From the NCBI RefSeq assembly GCF_032062105.1, contig NW_026925150.1, positions 64,655-128,654 on the forward strand: a stretch of 64,000 nt of DNA, read 5' to 3'. This DNA comes from Saccostrea cucullata (taxonomy: Eukaryota). Within the stretch, counting starts at the first letter, position 1. Every line of letters begins with the position of its first letter. This document shows positions 58,019-64,000 of the stretch, piece after piece. The position numbers and the translations under genes were made by a program. The notes below the pieces were generated by a model. It did not search any database, had not been told where the DNA came from, and saw nothing but the letters and a program-made list of their open reading frames with translations.

Positions 58019-58236
58019 TACTGTAAACCAACTTTATTTCGCGATTTACTGGGAGTAAAGTTGTTCGCAACGATTAATTTTTGCGATCAAGCCTTTTTTG
58101 GATCTATTTTTAATAGAAAAAAGACTTTAAGGACCTGTTCACGGCGAGAAATATTCGCGATGACAAGGCTCTCGCTAACCTTGCGAAAATTTCTCACACG
58201 CTAATAAAAGTTGGTTTACAGTATATTACTTTAAAA
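58019..58236. mobile_element. Same MITE family, copy B (MVP intron 5)
   Basis: 'ta ctgtaaaccaactttatttcgcgatttactggg...taataaaagttggtttacag ta'. Confidence 0.7.
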
Positions 58237-58273
58237 TGCTAATTTTAAAATAACAGCTAGACAAGACACCTAC

Positions 58274-58365
58274 TTTCCAAATCGATCTGTGAATCCTTGA
58301 GTTGCTCTTAATTTTAATGACTCTCCCTGCCTAATTACAAGAGGTTTGATGATGTCTTCTACTTC
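58274..58365 (-). CDS. MVP: MVP exon 5
   Basis: 'EVEDIIKPLVIRQGESLKLRATQGFTDRFGK' matches human '[32 protein letters not shown]'. Confidence 0.85.
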
Positions 58366-58700
58366 CTGGATGTAAATAAAAAGGATTTATCCATGCATGA
58401 ACATTAAAACAAACTATTTCTTTAAAAAAATTTACTTTCACCATGTTAACACAATTCACCAAAGCTTTAGAGTACAAAAACTATAATAACATAATGATTT
58501 TTTTTAAAAAGTGGTTTTTTTTTCAATTTTAAAAAATGTATTAATTCAGCAAAGTTAAATTCTATTTGCTGTGTTTTTGACATTCAATAAATAAATTAAT
58601 TACAATTTTAAAGTTTTTCTTCTGGAATCTAAAGGTATAAACAGTCTTCAGATAAAATAATTGAATTGACCCATGTTGACCTTGTTGACCCTTTACTTAC

Positions 58701-58928
58701 TGCCTCTGGCTTGGGTCGATAGGTCAAAGGTCCCTCCAGCTGCCATTTATCTCCAGCCTGGTGTTTTCCGTGGGCGTCTTCAAAGTCAATGTTAGCGACC
58801 AATCGGATTGCATGATTGGCCTGAATGACAGGCAGAGGTTTGATAGCAATGCTGTAGTCAGGTCTGTTCCTCAGGAAGTCAGGAGCATGGAGAAGAGTTT
58901 CCCCGGGGTACAAGGGGAAAGGAGAATC
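58701..58928 (-). CDS. MVP: MVP exon 4
   Basis: 'DSPFPLYPGETLLHAPDFL...NIDFEDAHGKHQAGDKWQLEGPLTYRPKPEA' matches human 'DPFPLYPGEVLEKDITPLQ...[32 protein letters not shown]'. Confidence 0.9.
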
Positions 58929-59394
58929 CTATAAATAGAAACAATAGTCCTAAATATAGAAAAAAATTCAAGATCAACTTCTGTTTTCATTTTCTAACTT
59001 CCGAGAGTGAAATTAAAGTTTAAATTAAATGTTGCATAAATATCAGTGTTTTAATTTGATGCCTGGGAATTTCATTTTTTCTAGTATAAATCTATGAACC
59101 AAGAAGATGGGAAATTTCAGAAGGGTTAATTTAAATTGCCGTTACACCATTTACAAGCAGAGTGGTTTGTATTCTATCCTGGAAACTTATTCAAGTCTGC
59201 ACATTTTGCCAGCAAACATAGCTAAAGAGCTAATATCTCTGACCTTTATACATGACTGCATAAACATGATAAAGTCATGCTTAACTGTGTAAGGTTAAAA
59301 ATAAAACTAGAACTGTCCAAACAGGACAAAATACCCTCCGCTGGGTTTTTCTGAGGTACGTTTTTCCATAAAGATTATATTTAAGATATGTATC

Positions 59395-59950
59395 AAACAC
59401 AAATTATGAAATTTTTTTAACAGTGACCTTGAACTTCTCCAAATGACCTTGGGTCAAGGTCATGACACACTCTTGGGTCATGGGCAATCTTTGTGTGAAA
59501 AGAGAACCTACCAAGTTTATCCATAAGAAAAATATGGACCGGACACAAATTATGAATTTTTTCTTCAAGTGACCTTGAACTTCCCCAAATGACCTGGGGT
59601 CAATGTCAAGACACACCCTTGGGTCATGGGCAATCTTTGTGTGAAATGAGAACCTACCAAGTTTATCCATAAGAATGATATGGACCGGACACGAATTATG
59701 AAATTTTTCTTCCAGTGACCTTGAACTTCCCCAAATGACCTTAGGTCTAGGTCATGACACACCCTTGGGTCATGGGCAATCTTTGTGTGAAATGAGAACC
59801 TACCAAGTTTATCCATAAGAAAGATATGGACCGGACAGGAATTATGAATTTTTTCTTCCAGTGACCTTGAACTTCCCCAAATGACCTTGGGTCAAGGTCA
59901 TGACACACCCTTGGGTCATGGGCAATCTTAGTGTGGAGTGCATAACGTCC
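59395..59950. repeat. Intronic satellite, ~160-bp unit, about 3.5 copies (MVP intron 3)
   Basis: 'caaattatgaaatttttt..cagtgaccttgaacttccccaaatgaccttgggtcaaggtcatgacacacccttgggtcatgggcaatctttgtgtgaaatgagaacctaccaagtttatccataagaa.gatatggaccggacac' is repeated. Confidence 0.9.
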
Positions 59951-60047
59951 CTCTGCTTATGGACCGGACTGTGCACAGACAGACGGACAAGGTGATTCCT
60001 ATATACCCCCCAAACTTCGTTTGCGGGGAATATAATAATAAACTTAC

Positions 60048-60111
60048 AGCATTAAACTTGACTGCACTTTGTCCAATTTTGAGTTCACTTGCTTCACCTG
60101 GTACATAATTG
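60048..60111 (-). CDS. MVP: MVP exon 3
   Basis: 'SNYVPGEASELKIGQSAVKFNA' matches human '[24 protein letters not shown]'. Acceptor tttttgcag|, donor GCT|GTAAGT. Confidence 0.75.
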
Positions 60112-60398
60112 CTGCAAAAATAAATTTTAAAATAAAAGATTACTTTGCATTAAATTTGTTTAATTACTTTTATCTCATACTCTGACCCAATCCCCCAAAA
60201 TTTTCTTTTACACATCTGTAGAAAATTTTTATATTTATATATCCAAACAGAATGTGCCTCAATATGTTAACACAAGTAAGCCCATTCATTTTAACCCCTC
60301 CTACATGTATCTTTTCAACTCAAATATTAACACAAAACATATGCAAAACAAAAAAAAACGTAATTCAGACTAATTTCTCATGGAGGTAAAAGTAGTAC

Positions 60399-60532
60399 CT
60401 GCAAGGATCTTTGATAATGCAATAAAAGCCTGGTTTTACAATGACCATAGGTAGGGGCTGGGTCACCAACTTCTCGTTTGTTTTCAGTGGTACTGTCTGC
60501 GGCCCAACTTCTAATCTGGTGATGTTAGAATT
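60399..60532 (-). CDS. MVP: MVP exon 2 (N-terminal repeat domain 1). The upstream coding exon 1 was not located in the window.
   Basis: 'NSNITRLEVGPQTVPLKTNEKLVTQPLPMVIVKPGFYCIIKDPC' matches human '[44 protein letters not shown]'. Confidence 0.85.
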
Positions 60533-63394
60533 CTGTACAAAAGAAAAAAAAAATCAGTGAGTTCATTATAAAAAATAGCCAATACAGTTAACTTAGGAAT
60601 ACAGCGAAACTCCTTTAGTACCAACACAGATATTGCAAATTGTATAACAAACTTAAAAAATAAGTTATCTTGGATCCTCATGCTATACAAATTTAATGAA
60701 TTCCTTCTACGGATATATAACGAATAACAGATATAATGAAGTAATTTATAGGTTCTAGTGACTTAATTAAAACCAAGTTTTACTGTTTTGTTTTTATTGC
60801 AAGGTACCGTAAATAAATCTTTCTAAATTTACATAATTATTTGTACATGGACAAGACCCGTTCAGGCTCCTTGAATAGTCATACATGTACTGTTGATTAT
60901 TATCATAAAAAGAAAACAGTATAAACAAAAGAAAACATAATAATATTCATGATAATTATTCTAAATACTTGACCTCAATCAATAAATTTTTTTTACTTAT
61001 TTAATTTTTTTTTTTTTGATTGGGCTAGGGGGGGGGGATACAAAATTAATTTTAAAAAAGAAATGATAAAAACTAAATGAAATAAAAAGAAAAAAATATA
61101 ATGAATTATGTCACTAGTGGATTTTTTCAAGATCCTGATCAGAAAAAATTATTGAAAATTCCCAAAATTCAACTCTTATCTAACACTTGATAAAGAAAAA
61201 AAAAACATTGATTGAAACCTTTTTTTTTTATAGTGGGAGGAAATGTAGCTCAGACAGGTAAGTCTAGTGCATTGTAAATTTTGTATGCACATATGATTAC
61301 ACTCTCAACTTTTTTTAGGACAAAACACCCGTGGATTCTATTTTAACCCATTTCTTAAAAAGTACTGGAGAAAAGAAGAATAATAATACTATATTGACAA
61401 CAATGAATGATCCCTGTAAGAAAAATAAAAAGTTTAGGCATGTTTGCGTCATATTTTGTGAAAAAATCAGAGAATCCTATATATTGGTCACTTGGGGGCT
61501 TACATTTTGGAATGTTTTTATGCTAACTAAGGGTAATAAACAAGCATGTGACAGTCTGTTATAAAATGCAGTGTAACTTTTGTTCCATACATAGTAGAAG
61601 AATGATATTTGAACACATATATAAGGAGTCTCCATTCTTTATGTATCAGTAAGGTCAAGGTCCTATCAAGAGGTCAAAGGTCAAATATTGTGACATCATG
61701 TACTGAATCTTTCAGTTTTTATGCCATTGAAATTTTTTTGATTGCAAATATATCTGCAACCACCAGTTCAATTTTCTTTATTTTTACACATTTTATTCTA
61801 GGACCCATTTGAATCATTCTGTTGATTTTTTGTAAAAATTGAATTATACATTTTCTCTGAAGAAAACTTAAACTGTCGGATATTTACATGTGAATTTTCA
61901 ATTCTGATGCTACTTATATGTTCTACTGTTACTTAATATTTTACTCAAATTTTCCAGTATCAAGTTGACTTACTCCCTTAAAGAACAAAAAGGTTTTCTT
62001 TATTAAAAGTATTACATAAATTTGCAATAGATCAATTGATAATTCTAAAATAAGGCTCATTCTCAAGTCAAATATCTGATTTCACAATCTTCTTACAGGG
62101 GTCTGATAGGTCATATTTCAGACTATGTGGGCAAAAAATGTGCGGTTGAATTTTTTTCATATCATACATAAAGAGAGATTTTGTATCCTAGAACAAAATA
62201 TCAGAGTTTCAGGAAAATTGAATTTGAGGAAAAATTTGGCCTATCTATTGTGTCCTACCTTAATATACATTTATTGTTAATTTTAAAAATAATTGCGAAA
62301 TAAAGTTCTTTGCAAATCTTGTATGCCATCAAGATTAAAATGGAAAAACCAAACCAGACCATTGATGAATTTATAAACATCATAGAAAATTTTGGGAAAT
62401 AATAGTGCTTACAGTCATTTCTATTTATAGTCTCTGCAAAAATATACTGAAGTTTACCTAACCTGTTAACATGCGTTTAAAAATAAACTTGAATTTATTT
62501 AATAAACGTTTCAAGTGTGTGTACAAGTCACTGTAAATGAGCATGGCCATGAAAATCACGAAATGCTTTAGTCCAATATACATTAATAGACGGCAAATTA
62601 AATTATTTTTATCTTCTTCTAAATGAACAACCTATTGGTCACTTTCCATCTCCTCGAGGGCTAATTAATCAAATACAAGTCATAACAAGTCTACTAAACA
62701 AATTAGTTTTAAAACCAATATTTTTCTATCATTGTCATAATATGCAAACTTTGCAAATAAAGACACGATGTAAAGAGTCCATAATTCAAGTTTTAGTTAG
62801 GCCCTATCCATGGGACCGTGCATAGTAAACAAACATAAAACATCCCTCAGATTTCAACTTTTTACAAAATATCACAAGAAAATAAGCTTACCAAATCCAA
62901 AATATGGACAAATTGGAAAGGTTTTAATCCAAGAATAGTGTTAGACATATTTGTCTGTGTTTGCTTCCTTGCTCAATGGAACTGATTTAGATCGAAAGTG
63001 CTGGTGTCAGCCTATAAAAATTTGCTTGACATCTTACCGGAAGTAAATAAGTTAGCTTTCCTGAACAGGAACGACAACCGCTATTAAAAGCAGAGTTGAC
63101 CATGCACAAATGGATTAGCAAATTCTCTCCCATACGGAGAAAAAACTTATTAACATGATTAATGGACAAACACACAAATGAACTTATCTAATAAATCCAC
63201 TGCTTGTAAAGTCACAGACACAATTTTTTTAAGGGGAAGGGGGGCTGACTTTTGGCGGGAATGCTTGCATCACAGGTACTTGTGGACAGGCCCCCCCCCC
63301 CCCGGATATTCAACCCCAGGGCTTATTTGACAATTTTTTCACAATTTATATTTAGTACACTTATTGAACATGTGCCTTGAAATGTCCACAAGCA

Positions 63395-63775
63395 GGCACG
63401 TAGTATTGGGGGGGGGGGGGCATTGGGCGACTTGCCCCCCCCCTTATCCTTTTTTTTCCCCAACATTACCTTTACTATAGAAAATGTCTATTGAAAAGGT
63501 GGTTGGCCCCCCACTTTTTACCACAGTATATACATAGTAAGAAATTATAGGAAAAAATTGGAAAAGGAAGTTTGCCCTGAAAAAACTTGGCCACCTCCCC
63601 CCCCCCCCCTCCTCCCCACGAAATAGGATTTTCGAGTTTGGGGTAATTGTCCTTTTTTTTTTAAACAAAATTTTTAAAACCAATTTTTTTTTGCTTGTCA
63701 ACTTTTTTTAGGTAAGTAAAACAATTTTTCTCAGGTTGGCCCCCCACTTTTAAAAACGATGCTACGTGCCTGACA
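63395..63775 (+). mobile_element. MITE, same CAGGCACGTAGCAT-TIR family, copy 2. It is nested inside a second inverted-repeat pair, 63262..63290 against 63776..63800.
   Basis: 'caggcacgtagtattgggggggggggg...ccaacattacctttactatagaaaatgtctattgaaaagg...cgatgctacgtgcctg'. It aligns with 21441..21779 in reverse-complement orientation over most of its length. Confidence 0.65.
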
Positions 63776-64000
63776 AGTACCTGTGGCTTGCATGTGTGAA
63801 CGTTTTTTTTCCCCATGAAATGAGAAAATTGCAGAATGAATGAATAAAAAAATAATCGTTTCGATCTTCTTCTGATTTAAGGAAGGGTTTTCTGTCGAGT
63901 TCAGTCAGGAGAGAGAAGCAGAAACTTTCTTTATAAGAACATACAACGTACATCGTATGCATAGATGTAATGTGTTATGAAACAAAAAGAATTCTTATGA

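Noticed and set aside
59404-59816. ORFs 59404..59670(-) and 59565..59816(-) with near-identical proteins (MDKLGRFSFHTKIAHDPRVC...)
   Set aside because: They are translations of adjacent units of the 160-bp intronic satellite. The duplicate proteins reflect tandem repeats, not paralogous genes.
60533-61000. Attempted assignment of MVP exon 1 (for example rc 60676-60720 'LHYICYSLYIRRRNS...')
   Set aside because: There is no frame with an ATG, an 'IRIPPYHYIHVLD'-like sequence and a GT donor in phase 0. The similarity is too weak, so exon 1 is left unlocated.
61250-61300. Apparent 24-nt plus-strand 'exon' tttttatag|TGGGAGGAAATGTAGCTCAGACAG|gtaagtc
   Set aside because: It has good splice-site consensus, but it is isolated, lacks coding context, and is too short to evaluate. 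It could be a 5' UTR exon of an unseen gene or a coincidence.
63444-63701. ORF 63444..63701(-) 'EEGGGGRWPSFF...'
   Set aside because: Same homopolymer-MITE artefact as above, in the second copy of the family.

Overview
This window reads as metazoan nuclear DNA (AT-rich, intron-rich, full of transposons), not a prokaryotic locus. The TELO2 and MVP assignments rest on my recall of the human protein sequences, not a database search. The repeat content and 2A-bearing LINEs suggest a marine invertebrate, possibly a bivalve mollusc, but that is a guess. No CRISPR arrays, operons or defence-island architecture are present. I found no novel biological system: the content is two housekeeping genes plus mobile-element structures, and the mobile-element structures are the most unusual features.

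- The first ~31 kb is a gene-poor mosaic of mobile elements and palindromes. The named pieces:
  - a LINE on the minus strand whose ORF2 begins with a 2A-like 'DIETNPGP' peptide and which carries a nested MITE;
  - a Tc1-like element with a frame-disrupted transposase;
  - several foldback elements built from palindromic ~22-bp minisatellite units;
  - a LINE 3' fragment with a poly(A) tail;
  - a MITE family punctuated by G/C homopolymers;
  - a nested inverted duplication;
  - microsatellites and near-perfect 100-150 bp hairpins.
- From ~32.0 to 43.9 kb on the plus strand there is a multi-exon gene with clear homology to TELO2 (Tel2). I mapped 18 exons with phase-consistent splice sites, apart from one unresolved stretch around exon 13 and an unassigned 3' terminal exon.
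- From 48.1 to 60.5 kb on the minus strand there is the Major Vault Protein gene (MVP), convergent with TELO2. I mapped 23 exons; exon 1 was not found in the window.
- The TELO2-MVP intergenic region and the introns of both genes carry tRNA-derived SINE-like copies, MITEs and three satellites of ~155-180 bp units.
- Two splice junctions have been tandemly amplified, which is unusual:
  - in TELO2, the acceptor plus first ~30 nt of exon 7, as an intronic minisatellite of about eight copies;
  - in MVP, the 3' end plus donor of exon 9, in two to three copies.
- A TA-flanked MITE sits within 5 nt of the MVP exon 7 donor.
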